A stretch of DNA of 64,000 nucleotides, from NCBI RefSeq assembly GCF_001194135.2, contig NC_068981.1, forward strand, positions 53,077,901 through 53,141,900, written 5' to 3'. This DNA comes from Octopus bimaculoides (lineage: Eukaryota). Shown here piece by piece: positions 11,388 through 22,829 of this stretch (position 1 is the stretch's first letter; each line of letters starts with the position of its first letter). Position numbers and translations under genes: made by a program. Below the pieces are notes generated by a model. The model had not been told where the DNA came from, did no database searches, and was given only the letters and a program-made list of their open reading frames with translations.

Positions 11388-12199
11388 AACAACAAACAAG
11401 ATGAGGACAAATACCCATCAAGTATATATAATCTAAAGTCATTTACTGTTAATTTTTACATATAGAAACCCTCCAGACAAAGTACAAGAATACTATCCCC
11501 TCCAAATTTCATTTTCTCATAACTAATCATAAAATTAAAAAAACTTCAGCTTCAACATATCTATATAATAGAAAGTGAATTTATGCTTTTCATTCATGAA
11601 AAATGGTTTCAGTAAAAGTACTGAATAATAAATGCACTTAATTATATGTTATTAATCAACTGAACAAAAACATTAGAAAATGAGTTTATAAAAGAATGGT
11701 GATTCCTTTCCTTTTCAGTAAAAAGAAGATAATACAAAGGGAAAAGAAGACGCTATCTATTACTGTTCATAGTAAAGTAAAAAAAATATATGATGAAGGA
11801 AAGGAAAAAAAGGAGACAACAAAGAATAATTCCCAGTATTTTTCAATTCTGGCCAAATAGAAGAATGGAAATTAATATTAATGTTTCCTGGGATACCCTT
11901 TCTGTTATTGATTTCTTACATAGCATAAGGCCAATGTATATGAATTGATTCCAATATATTACTGGTTAACTGAAAAGAGATATGAGTTCCTCCAAGGTGA
12001 TTTGCTCTCAATACACTGCATGGAAATGAACTCTTTACTTCTGACTTATTGACCCATTTAAGTTGCCGAAGACATTTTCATTACTGATAATTAAATCTTT
12101 TATCAATACTACAAAGATAATAAATAAATAAAATCCAACCACACTTAGGCTGAAACCAAAAGGGATAAACCTAATTATAATCTCTAATATCTATATTGG

Positions 12200-12360
12200 T
12201 GAAGGGCCATAGTCCAGTAGATATGTTATCAGACTTATGATTGTCAAGTTAAGAGTTCAATTCTCAGACCATTTGGTGATTTGCATTCTTGGTTAAAGTA
12301 CTTCTTTTGATGTAGCTTTAGTAAACTCTGATAAAAATGACAACCAGTGACCTCAGGGAA
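12200..12360 (+). mobile_element. Highly degenerate tRNA-derived SINE head
   Basis: ggtgaagggccatagtccagtag...gagttcaattctcagacc resembles A/B boxes. Confidence 0.35.
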
Positions 12361-12809
12361 ACTGACCATGGGAGAGACTGCTCACCTGTTCAAGTGGGGA
12401 TTCTTCTTCTACTCTAAGCATAAATGTCTTGAAAATCTGGATAAGTTTTGACCTTGTGTGTACATAGGCTTGAGGCAGACTCTTTGTTGTTTCGGTCATC
12501 TCCATTAATATCTACCCTTGATATATTTCAATGATTTCTACAAAACATGAAGCTCGTTTCTATAAAAGATAAGTGAGGTGAGATGTATGAAGCCTAGACT
12601 ATTATTGGTAATTATCTTATAACTATTAGTTGGTTGAAAAGCAAAGTTGCCCATTGCTAAATTAGAATTCAGAACACAGAAGAATAAAATTAAACTTTGC
12701 AAGCCTGTTTTTACTATTGCTGTCAGTTCAATACAGCCATGCATTGTGAATAATAATGATTTCTAACAGTGTCACAAGGCTTAGAAGAGAGAAGTATGAC
12801 CAAATAAAC

Positions 12810-12985
12810 TAGCGAGTTTTATACCATTGTACCTTGATGGTTCGGCATTGGCGCTATACCTGGAAATGGAGGAGAAGGATCAGTTAAGCAAAGAAAAAAT
12901 AGAAGTCCAGCTGATAGAGGCTTTTACGGAAGAGCCATTCATGGCATATGGTCAACAGGAGAAAGCGAAGTGAACGGGGAAGAGG
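12810..12985 (+). mobile_element. LTR retrotransposon (Gypsy-like) gag fragment
   Basis: FIPLYLDGSALALYLEMEEKDQLSKEKIEVQLIEAFTEEPFMAYGQ resembles invertebrate Gypsy-type gag N-termini as recalled; stop codon follows. Confidence 0.55.
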
Positions 12986-13034
12986 TCGTACTCCTTCACT
13001 TCCAGTCCTTCCCTCCAACACAGCCTGGCTCATA

Positions 13035-13315
13035 ATACCACATGCCCATGGTCATATGGCATAGTGGTTAAAAGCGCAGGCTACTAACCCCAAGATTCTG
13101 AGTTCGGTTCCAGGCAGTGACCTGAATAATAATAATAATAATAATAATAGTATTAATAATAATAACATCGAAAAATACCTTAGGAATGAGAACCCAGGTC
13201 CGAAATTTCCCCAAGACACCTGATGAAGGCTGGAGAGTATATCAGCTGAAATGTTATGTTAACAACAAACAAGATGAAGACAAATATCCATCAAATGTAA
13301 ATAATATAAATAATG
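13035..13315 (+). mobile_element. tRNA-head/(AAT)n/Penelope-pLTR hammerhead SINE, copy 2
   Basis: Partial 5' palindrome ccacatgcccatggtcatatgg, same head (gtggttaaaagcgcaggctactaaccccaag), AAT tract and pLTR tail as 11161-11433. Confidence 0.88.
13215..13260 (+). ncRNA. Type I minimal hammerhead ribozyme motif, copy C (CpG-decayed)
   Basis: GACAC-CTGATGA-AGGCTG gagagtatat CAGCT-GAAA-TGTT-ATGTT. Confidence 0.62.
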
Positions 13316-13649
13316 TAGATAGATAAGGCCTCTGTAATTCTCCCTCTGCTTCTGTCTTTTCCTCCTTCACACAGAACATGAAGCTCATTTTTACAAAAGA
13401 TAAGTGAGGTGAGATGTATGAAGCCTAGACTATTATTGGTAATCATCTTATAACTATTAGTTGGTTGAAAGGCAAAGTTGCCTGTTGCTGAATTAAAATT
13501 CAGAACACAGAAGGATAAAATTAAATTTTGCAAACCTGTTTTTACTATTGCTGACAGTTCAATACACCCATGCATTGTGAATAATAATTGATATCTAATT
13601 GTGTCATAAGGCTTAGAAGAGAGAAGTATAATCAAATAATTGGATTGAA

Positions 13650-13860
13650 TCTTAAGCACGCCAGGCGAAGTGCTTAACAGTATTTCATCTGCCGTTACAT
13701 TCTGAGTTGAAATTCTGTCGATTTTGCCTTTCATTCTTTCGGGGTCAATTAAATAAGTACCAGTTACGCACTGGAGTTGATGTAATTGACTTAATCCCTT
13801 TGTCTGTCCTTGTTTGTCCCCTCTATGTTTAGACTTTTGTGGGCAATAAAGAAATAAATT
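13650..13860 (+). mobile_element. Nin/Deu-domain tRNA SINE
   Basis: TTTGCCTTTCATTCTTTCGGGGTCAATTAAATAAGTACCAG matches the Deu/Nin central domain (CCTTTCATCCTTYCGRGGTCGATAAA..AGTACCAG). Confidence 0.75.
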
Positions 13861-15349
13861 TAACTGACTCATGAAAGATAAGAAGCAAATCAACTACAGC
13901 TGGGCTTCAACTCAAAACACAAAGGAATAAATACAATACTGTAAAGAATTTATCTAGTCTAGAATTCAACCATCTCTCCTGTTCAACTGACTTAGATCCT
14001 TGATATTAACATTTCTTTATCAATTTTGGTTCTAAATAGATTGTTTTTTGGCATTGTGTTGTTTACTTATGCAAGGCACATTATTCTATTTATCTCAGTC
14101 AATCTAACAGAAGGAAAAGAGAGAAAAGAAAAATAACTGGGAACACTACAATTTCCTGGCTCACTTGCAGCAACTCATTCTTGAAATTATATTCAGCTTT
14201 ATAAAAAAATGTATCTGCTCCAACAATTCCTGTAACATCCAAATTTCAAAAGCTATGAAAAACTATGAAAAAACAGATTTAGAAATGTCAAACATGAATA
14301 AATAATAACTAAATAAAAGGATGATAAACAAGGAAAGAAAGTAAAACTGACCATCTTAGAATCAATACTGATGTTTGTAAAGTGCTTTTGCATTTCCTGA
14401 AATATGAAACAGCTAGTGAAGAACATTGTTTGAAGAATTAGGTTTCGAATATAGAATATATAAAGAACTGATACAATAGTTGTATATGAAACCAGAATGT
14501 TTAGGAAAATAATAAGAAATGTGTGTGATATTAATAAACCAAAAAAAAAATCTAAATTTTACACTTATTGATATTACCCTTTACAATATGATGAAATAAT
14601 TCCTTCCATTAAAAAAGTAAATCCTTTTACCATCTGTTGATAAACACTAGTAGTTCAGTATTTCAGTAAGCAACACTTATTCGGTTGTGTTTATTCAGTT
14701 CTAATAAGCAGCTAAAATAAGTTGACAAAGAAAAGCATTGTAAGCTAGGTTTTCCTAAATTATATAAGTTGCTGCTTGATAAAAACAGTGAGATAAAAAA
14801 GAAACAGATCATTTTGAAATTATTTATAGAAACAGTAACAAAGCGCCAATGTAATATATTTTAATTTGGTTTATTTCATTAAATGTTTTCTATATTGGTG
14901 TTGGAGAAATTTATCCAAGAAAGAACAAGGAAGCAAGTGACTAATGTCTATGTTGCAAATTTTAGGGAGAGTTTCCACATGTCCTCAAAGAAGGAGTTAG
15001 CAAGAAATATGACTACATGTGGCAGGAGGTTTGCGCCATTTCACAGTAGGGCACATGGAAGCCTAGGGGTTTAAGATTGATGATGAGGTGAGAAATCAAG
15101 CAGAGCCACTACATCACCTACCTGTCCATAGACTGGTATCTATACATAGGGAAAAAGACCACAGCTAGAGATATTGTATTGATGTTAACTCATGGCTTGT
15201 CTTATTTTTGCTATGCAGCATCTTTTATTTTTATTTGTAGTGTCTGGACGAAGGAGTAGTGCCCATAGCTATCACAGACCCTCCTAGAATTAATACCATT
15301 AATGTTCCTCTTAAACCTTTAAAAGTTAATACCCAGAGAAAAAATATGA

Positions 15350-16380
15350 GAAGAGAGGGATTAAAAGAGGCTTGAGGTTATGGGGAGGAAAGACTGGGCA
15401 TAAGGATTAGTGCAGAGCCTGATTGTGTTAGACATTACAAGAGTGATTAGAGGAGATAGAATAAGTGGGACAGGAATGTCTGAGTGGAAGTTGTATGAAC
15501 CTAGCTAGGTCCAAGGAACAGAAGCCATTGTAGTAGCCTTAGAAAAAGCTACAACAATGTTGAAAAGGCAGAGAAGAGAGGAGATAACATGTTTGTGTAC
15601 CAGAAACTGAAGTGTATTTCTGAGAGATCATGTCAATTAATTAACTGACTGTTTTCTGGATGCAGTATTAGATACTTGTGTATTTAGTTGTAGCACCATT
15701 CCAGATGTGAGAATAGCTACTCTATTGTGGACCTCAGCTTTAAAGAAAGTAAAACTGACCATTTCGATAATTTTCGGGAAGTTGAAGTATTTTGTGTCTC
15801 TGAAGAGATGGACAAATTGTTGGGATCCAGTCCTAGTTACATTAAGGATGTGCTTTTACCAGGTGGGATCCTAGGCAATAGTGAGGCAGTTCAACATTTG
15901 GAGCAATTGCAAAGGCTTTGGCTGCATACTGCTCATGATTAAGATGGGTGCAATGTAATATTATTTTTACATAGCTGAACAGTGCTTGTGTTTTCTTACT
16001 GTTGACAGAAAAAGATTGGTATATTGCAAATGGAGGATGCTTTTGAAGTTTCTATTCTTGGAGTTCATGTGCATTTGGTATGTGGTGTCTAGGTTGTGTG
16101 TGGGTGATGCATGGTTTGGAAGATTAGGAAACAACAAAAAGTAGTGTCATCTGCATAGGAATACATAGGTGTTGTTGGACATAACATCAAATAAGTCAAT
16201 GATGCATAGTAGAAAGAAACTTTGGGTCAAAAACCAAACCCTTTAGCACATTGGATATAATGTGGGATAGAAAGAGCTCCATCAACATATACTGTGATAC
16301 TGCAATCTGATAAGATGTTATGAATGCAACAGATGACATGGCTTAATTTGATTCAACATGGAAAACTCACCTGGTCTGGA
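15350..16380 (-). mobile_element. Old CR1/Zenon-type LINE, RT 3' part
   Basis: Minus strand TCC TAT GCA GAT GAC ACT (SYADDT, 16143-16160), an upstream degenerate PQGSVL-like block and a downstream SHIW.GA-like motif (~15690); many stops. Confidence 0.65.
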
Positions 16381-16384
16381 CATG

Positions 16385-16440
<56 letters not shown>

Positions 16441-16452
16441 TTTTATGTATAC

Positions 16453-17730
16453 ACTAGCAGTATAACCCGGCGCTGCTCGGGATTAAGCTAGGATTATTAA
16501 ATGATTAAGTCCTTTATTTCAAACCAAAATAAGTAACATCGACATCAGATTTGAGCGAAATCCGTTGAAATTGGTTTGGCTGAAAATGGTTTGCTGGCAA
16601 TTTGATTGGGAAATCTCATAAGGAATCAGTTTATTGGTTATTTTCACTTATTGACTCTTTTTTTAAATGTTGCATTAGAGNNNNNNNNNNNNNNNNNNNN
16701 NNNNNNNNNNNNNNNNNNNNNNNNNNNNNNNNNNNNNNNNNNNNNNNNNNNNNNNNNNNNNNNNNNNNNNNNNNNNNNNNNNNNNNNNNNNNNNNNNNNN
16801 NNNNNNNNNNNNNNNNNNNNNNNNNNNNNNNNNNNNNNNNNNNNNNNNNNNNNNNNNNNNNNNNNNNNNNNNNNNNNNNNNNNNNNNNNNNNNNNNNNNN
16901 NNNNNNNNNNNNNNNNNNNNNNNNNNNNNNNNNNNNNNNNNNNNNNNNNNNNNNNNNNNNNNNNNNNNNNNNNNNNNNNNNNNNNNNNNNNNNNNNNNNN
17001 NNNNNNNNNNNNNNNNNNNNNNNNNNNNNNNNNNNNNNNNNNNNNNNNNNNNNNNNNNNNNNNNNNNNNNNNNNNNNNNNNNNNNNNNNNNNNNNNNNNN
17101 NNNNNNNNNNNNNNNNNNNNNNNNNNNNNNNNNNNNNNNNNNNNNNNNNNNNNNNNNNNNNNNNNNNNNNNNNNNNNNNNNNNNNNNNNNNNNNNNNNNN
17201 NNNNNNNNNNNNNNNNNNNNNNNNNNNNNNNNNNNNNNNNNNNNNNNNNNNNNNNNNNNNNNNNNNNNNNNNNNNNNNNNNNNNNNNNNNNNNNNNNNNN
17301 NNNNNNNNNNNNNNNNNNNNNNNNNNNNNNNNNNNNNNNNNNNNNNNNNNNNNNNNNNNNNNNNNNNNNNNNNNNNNNNNNNNNNCTCTCTCTTTCTTTC
17401 TTTCTCTCTCTCTTTCTTTCTTTCTCTCTCTCTCTCTTTCTTCCTCCCTCTCTTTCTTTCTTTCTCTCTCTCTTGCTCTCTCTCTCTCCTTCACGCGCGT
17501 ACGCACAGATTTGATTTCACCATATCAACAAACTTCAAAATTGGTAAAAGTTTATCGATTTTTACAGCTATACGCGGGTGCCTCTGTGAGAAAAAGTTGA
17601 CAAAAACACAGCTAGGGTCATGAACAATGTCCTCCTAAAATTGGAGCGACATGCGTGCTAATTTGTGGACGTGCATAACCCACATCACGTACACACACAC
17701 ACAAACATCTGTTTTATAGATATTGATACA
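16453..17730 (+). mobile_element. Non-autonomous Helitron/Helentron-like (HINE-type) element with internal (CT)n, spanning a gap
   Basis: 5' ACTAGCAGTATAACCCGGCGCTGCTCGGG GC-rich hairpin start; 3' (CA)n-AACATCTGTTTTATAGATATTGAT end; locally CpG-rich, so probably young. Confidence 0.55.
16681..17385. other. Assembly gap (other gaps: 28821-29069, 33099-33108, 34355-34364, 35929-36028, 61793-61883)
   Basis: Runs of N. Confidence 1.
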
Positions 17731-17974
17731 TGAATACATACATAGCTCTTCCACCCTTTGACAGATCTTAGTTTTTGTCCCGCAGAGTATCCAACAATCA
17801 CCCTTCTCAACAAGCAAGCTTGATGGGGTTGCCAGTTTAGATGCCAACAACCTGACCATGCAACGAGTTGTATTGGGTTACATGTTACCAGTAGCACTCA
17901 AGAATGACCTGACATAGAAAAAGTTACAAAGGCACAAGAAAATCGAAATAGGATTTCAAAATATACCTAAGAAA

Positions 17975-18245
17975 AACAAGAGCATTCAGAGAGCGCAAAC
18001 CTCTGCCAAGGCAACACCAACGTTCACTCAACAATTAGCTAGAGATGATTTTTAAAATGAGAATATCTGAAATAAATTTGACTGCTCTCATGAACAAGAA
18101 TACTAAAGATGAACCCGACTGCTCTCAAAAATTAAGTAAAAACAAAATGGAAAAATAATTCAGATTCCTTGTCTGGTACCTGATCTATCCCAATGGTAGT
18201 CATATAATGTGAAGGTGGCTATAGAAAATTTCATAAAAGTAATAA
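17975..18245 (+). mobile_element. Possible second HINE-like non-autonomous element (5' part)
   Basis: Starts AAACAAGAGCATTCAGAGAGCGCAAACCTCTGCCAAGGC, a start motif recalled from such elements; 3' end unclear. Confidence 0.35.
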
Positions 18246-18254
18246 ATAGTTTAT

Positions 18255-18428
18255 CCTTAATTTCTTTCAAGCCTACACATGTCCTCAGTCACAGCCCATG
18301 TTTCACTGCTGTGTAGCATAGCTGTTCACACACAGATATCATACAGTCTACCTTTCACTCCTTTGGTAGGCGCTCTCTGAACTTTACCCAGCCTATTCTT
18401 ATTCTAGCAGCTATGCTCCCAGAGCATC
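18255..18428 (-). mobile_element. RTE LINE internal fragment
   Basis: Reverse complement of gcatagctgctagaataagaataggctgggtaaagttcagagag, homologous to 28195-28370. Confidence 0.8.
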
Positions 18429-18429
18429 C

Positions 18430-19990
18430 ACAAATTTGTTATATCTTGTATGGTTGTTTATGGGAGTGTTACATTTTGGAATTGTAGTGTATGAGTTGAG
18501 TTTCCTGTTTGTGTTTGAAGTATTCTTGAGGTCATTTCTGCATATATTTTTGGATATTTGGAAGACTGATATCTTTATCTAATTCTTTTGTGATCTACTC
18601 TCATGCTTTTCTTTGATTTATCTGTATTTTCCTAGTGTGGTTTTGTTTCTATTATGGATTTTTCTCAGTGGTGTTTTACTCATAATCATTAAACCACTGT
18701 TGCTGTTTTCCCCATGTTCTTATAGATTTTCTCCTCTTCTTGTTTGGTGTCTTCTTTCCATAATTGCTGCAGTTTTTTCTGGGTTATATTTTAACCAGAA
18801 GAGACAGAGATGTTTATCAGAGTGCAGACATTTTTGTTTGAGTCCTTGATATATGCATCTGGAAGGTTTACCTCATAAATCACCTTATAGGTCAACATGA
18901 CATGTTCTAGATGAGTGTACTCAGATTGTTTGGTACATGTTTTTACCACTTCTTATCTGTTTTCAAATCAACATGTGGATGTATGCACTACTGGACTACC
19001 TGCCAACATGCTTGGGTCTGTGAATATAATTGGACTTACTAAGAAATTATGTTTCTAGAAATTATGCGGTCAAGTATCTCAATGCATTAATTGCATAATA
19101 TCCCGTTGTTATTAGCATAATTTTTCATTCTTTTATTTTGTAATTATATGTAACCAGGTCATTGGTGCAGTGCAGCTAAAATCAGGTCCTTCTGTCTCTG
19201 CTTTTAGTCCAGAGCTTTGGAGCCATTGTTAGTTTTCACTTCAGTTGACTTCCTTCCTGTTTAGTATTGGGAGATATTGTTCAGTTTTTTTTTACTATTT
19301 TACTTTGGTACATTTTGAAATCCTGTTTCGATTTTCTTGTGTCTTTGTAACTTTTCTATTGTTTCTTCTTTAACTGTAGTTAGTTTCTTGTTTGTACTTT
19401 AGTGTTTCCTTATATATAGAGAGAAACATTTTTTGTTAGTCTTCATCTTTCCTTATTACACTAATATTATTTTGTCATATTTTTTATATTCATGTCAAAC
19501 CATATTCTCCCTGTGTTTGTGATAGGCATATTCTATCTATATCAGTTCTGGGATGGTGGCTTTAAAATGCTGTTAGTGAGTTTTTGCTTTCTTTTTGTCT
19601 CTAATCTTTTCAATTCACTTAGCTTCCAGTTATGTTAAGCTGTAGTTTAAAACTAGAATGTATTGTATATTTATAACTACTATCTTATTTCTAGCACTGA
19701 ATTTAGCTTTTATTATTTGTCTGACTCTTCTGAAGTACTCTTTCCTAACTTCTTTATTCATTTCTCTGTGTTATTTTTTTATTATTTTTTTTATTAGTTT
19801 CATCTACTGCTAAGTACTTGCATGAATAGTTCTGGTTTAATTCTCTGATTCTGGTGTGTGTGTGTGTGTGTGTTTGTTTACATATAGAGCTAGTTTTAAT
19901 TAAGGCTGCAATGCTTTGTTAGTATTTAGGCTGCTTTACTGAAGTGGTGTATTTCATATTCATGACTGTGGTATACTGTCATACACTTTA
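18430..19990 (-). mobile_element. R4/Dong-clade (RLE) LINE 3' portion, old copy (A1)
   Basis: Minus-strand motifs KYLAVDE (~19810), HPRTDIDRICL..QGEYGL (~19520), WLQSSGLKAETEG (~19200), CTLINISV (~18820); heavily decayed. Confidence 0.65.
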
Positions 19991-20059
19991 AGGTAACCAC
20001 TTCAAGTCATAGTAAGGGTTTATTTTTCTCTTTTTGCTGACTTCTATAATAGCGCAGGT

Positions 20060-21930
20060 CATTAGAAGCCCTTCTTTACATTACTATTATTCTTACATCC
20101 TTTGTCATATGAAAGAAATTATTATTTTGCTAGTGTGTACCACTTTAGTTAGCAGGTATTTTATCTTGAGGTTTGGCAACAAGTCTCCTCTTATCTCAAG
20201 AATCTTTCTTAGGGTTCTTGCAGAATACAGGATGGTACTTTTCTGCAGATGGACAATGAGTTTCAATTCCAATTTCTTTCAGTCTTTTAGGTAGTATTTT
20301 GGGTGCTGTACCAAGCGTGCCAAATACTACATGAATAATTGCTGTCTTAGTCTTCCATAGCCTTCTCAGCACTCTGGCTAGATCCTGAAATTTCTTAATT
20401 TTTTCCTATTTCTTTGTATCAACTCTACTATTATAGGGAATTGCAAAATCTATAATTTTGCATTTCATTTACTTTGTCTTCTATAATCATGTCTGGTCTT
20501 CTTGCTTCAATAGTCTTTATGGTGTAGTCCCACAAAATCTTGTAATTCTAATTTATTTATGACAGACTCTGGTTTGTGTTCACATCACTTTACTGTTGTT
20601 TTGAAGCCTCACACTCAGCCAACATCTGAAAGCACTCTTTTGCTTACACAGTAATGACTATGCTTATACTCCTTTTGTGCTAGTATATTGCACTCACTCA
20701 AAATGTGATTGATACTCTTGTCTCCTTTTCTGAAGATTCTATATTTGCTATCTAAGTTTTGTCAATCTTTGCCTTAATCAGGTTTGTTCTAAGGGCTTGT
20801 TCCTGAGTGGCTATAATTAGCATTTCTGTTTCTTGTTTCAAATTCCTGTCCATCAACCAAAACCAGCAATCTTCACTTTCAACATTCTTGGTTTGTTGCA
20901 AGAATTGGCCATGCAGTTCCATTTCTTTCTATTTGTTTATTCTGTTGTTATACCTTTTCTTTTTGAATTCTACTGTTTCAGTCACTTTTTGAGTATCTCT
21001 GGCTGCCAAAATTTTTTTTTTCCTCTGTACAACATAATTTTTCAGAACCAGTATGGCATTGCAGTACCAAAATTGTCTTCCATATTTAGTAATCTTCTAC
21101 CATTTTACCTTCTTGGCAGATAGAGTTGGTTGGTATTACTTTAAGGATGGAGTGTATTGCACATTGTTAGCAGCTTTCTAGTTCTTCTATCTAAGTTCTG
21201 TAGCTTGATTTTTGTCCATTTCAGAAAGGGAGCAGAGCATCTCAGTATGGGCACAGCCTATGTATTTATGGCTTTAATGATGTTCCTACCATTTAATTTT
21301 GTTTCAAGCACCTTCCTAATTCTCCTCTTGTACTCTTTAGTTACTTTCTCTCTCATTTCTCTTTCATTTATCTTATTGTTTGTAGTACACCTGGGTATTT
21401 GTATCCCTCATTATTCTGCAGCAATCTAATGATGTTGTCTTGTGATAATTTTATGCTATCAGACTTTATCTTCCAGCATCTCTTCATAATTAATACTGTG
21501 CACTTACTTACCCCAAACTGCATTCTAATGTTTTTACTGAATACACTCATTGTTTGGATCAGAGAACCCAGGTCTGTCTCATTTTTTTTGTATATATCTT
21601 GAGGTCATCCATATAAAGTAGATGATTATTTTCTCATCTTGGTTTTAGTAAACTCATAGGCTGGCTTGGATTTTCTCAGTGTACTTGTCAGAGGGATTAG
21701 CACAATGGTGAATAATAATGGAGAGAGTGAGTCTCAAGTAATCTATCTATCCAACAACTAAATCTTTCCTTCTTACTTGTATATCCTTCTTACCTGTTTA
21801 TCATTTGATATCCTGCTGTCTATACATAACAGGTCAGCAATTCCCCTTCATTTCATCCAACATACCTATTGCTCTTCTGGTAATAGGTTCTCTTTTCCAG
21901 GAAATTACATATGTCATCGGTCACGAGGTC
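20060..21930 (-). mobile_element. R4/Dong-clade LINE 3' portion (B)
   Basis: LLPEEQ and SLSPLLF.IVLIP RT motifs (21700-21900), MQFGVSKCTVLIMKR and YKYPGVLQ (ORF 21368-21550), RLE region ILWDY...ARRPDMIIEDK...IIDFAIP (~20430-20560). Confidence 0.8.
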
Positions 21931-21934
21931 AATT

Positions 21935-22141
21935 ATTAAGGCAGTAAACAGATGGAATTGATAGCATGCCTGAGAAAATGCCTAGTCTTTACAGTCTGAG
22001 TTCAAATTCCACTGAGGTCGACTTTGCCTTTCATCCTTTTTCAGACCAATGAAAAAATACCAGATGATGATGGGCACTGGGGCCAATGTAATCAACTAAC
22101 CCCTCCCCCAAAATTTCAGGCCTTGAATCTAAAATAGAAAG

Positions 22142-22176
<35 letters not shown>
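21935..22176 (+). mobile_element. Nin/Deu-domain SINE with (ATT)n tail
   Basis: GAGTTCAAATTCCACTGAGGTCGACTTTGCCTTTCATCC. Confidence 0.8.
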
Positions 22177-22177
<1 letters not shown>

Positions 22178-22326
22178 GGCGTTAGGAAGGACATCCAGCT
22201 GTAGAAACTCTGCCAAATTAGATTGGAGCCTGGTGTTGCCATCCGGTTTCACCAGTCTTCAGTCAAATCGTCCAACCCATGCTAGCATGGAAAGCGGACG
22301 TTAAACGATGATGATGATGATGATGA
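22177..22326 (-). mobile_element. RTE 3' tail copy adjoining the SINE tail
   Basis: As written on the + strand: ggcgttaggaaggacatccagctgtagaaac...cggacgttaaacgatgatgat. This is the sense tail on +, so orientation relative to neighbours needs care. Confidence 0.75.
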
Positions 22327-22327
22327 T

Positions 22328-22522
22328 TAAGGTAGCAAGCTGGCAAAATTATTAGCACACTAGATGAAATGCTTTTTGGCATTTCGTCCATTTTTATACT
22401 CTACCAAAGATGACTTTGCCTTTCATCCTTTTGGTGTTGAGCACTGGGGTTGATGTAATTGATAAACTCCCTCCCCACAAAATTTCAAACCTTCCTATAG
22501 AAGAAAAAGTTATTATTATTAT
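22328..22522 (+). mobile_element. Nin/Deu-domain SINE
   Basis: aaggtagcaagctggcaaaattattagcac head, gactttgcctttcatccttttgg core, (TTA)n tail. Confidence 0.75.
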
Positions 22523-22812
22523 TCAGTAGTCTTATCTTTATCACATGCTTTCACTGCACTACCAAGCACAGCTCTGGGTGCCTTGGGTATGTGCTGTGGT
22601 TTGTTGTGATGCTCTCATTTTTACTGTATAGAAAGTGTTTTGCATAGGATGTGTGCTGTGCCTAGTAGTGTTATTTTTTGTATGTTATATATACTTGTAA
22701 ATCCTGGTGTTTTTGTTATGTATTTGTCTGAATATTTTTTTATCATACCTAATGCACCTACTATGATAGGAATTGTTTCTGCTTTTAGACTCCTCATTTG
22801 AGTTACCTCTAT
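22505..22812 (-). mobile_element. R4/Dong-clade LINE extreme 3' end (A2), flanked by (TAA)n on both sides
   Basis: KDLEIEVTQMRSLKAETIPIIVGALGMIKK...IQKITLLGTAHILCKTLS* then a short 3'UTR ending gactactgAATAATAATAA. Confidence 0.85.
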
Positions 22813-22829
22813 TTCTAGGTCTTTTATTA

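Larger units (their letters stand above)
10981..11433 (+). mobile_element. Fold-back composite SINE: inverted Penelope-type pLTR + palindrome + tRNA head + (AAT)n + pLTR with hammerhead
   Basis: 14-bp direct repeat TAAAGTCATTTACT at 10967-10980 and 11434-11447. A box TGGCATAGTGG 11184-11194, B box GAGTTCGATTCC 11227-11238. The 10981-11154 arm is the reverse complement of the 11295-11433 tail. Perfect 30-bp palindrome at 11161-11190. Confidence 0.85.
12540..13639 (+). repeat. ~268-bp direct repeat pair (12540-12807 and 13371-13639), about 90% identical
   Basis: Aligned by eye, roughly 23 differences; brackets a gag fragment and a hammerhead SINE. Confidence 0.9.

Noticed and set aside
12538-12744. 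Minus-strand ORF kept open in both copies of the 268-bp duplication
   Set aside because: Differences between copies are largely non-synonymous and there are no splice signals, so no sign of coding constraint.
14060-14260. Minus-strand exon pair (GIVGADTFFYKAEYNFKNELLQ, 61-nt intron, strong acceptor at 14104)
   Set aside because: Splicing leads to a stop within a few codons in either frame, and the intron is very short; not supportable as CDS.
16602-17600. Long ORFs in the track (also 28633-29233 and 61575-62054)
   Set aside because: They run through N-gaps and microsatellites and are artefacts.
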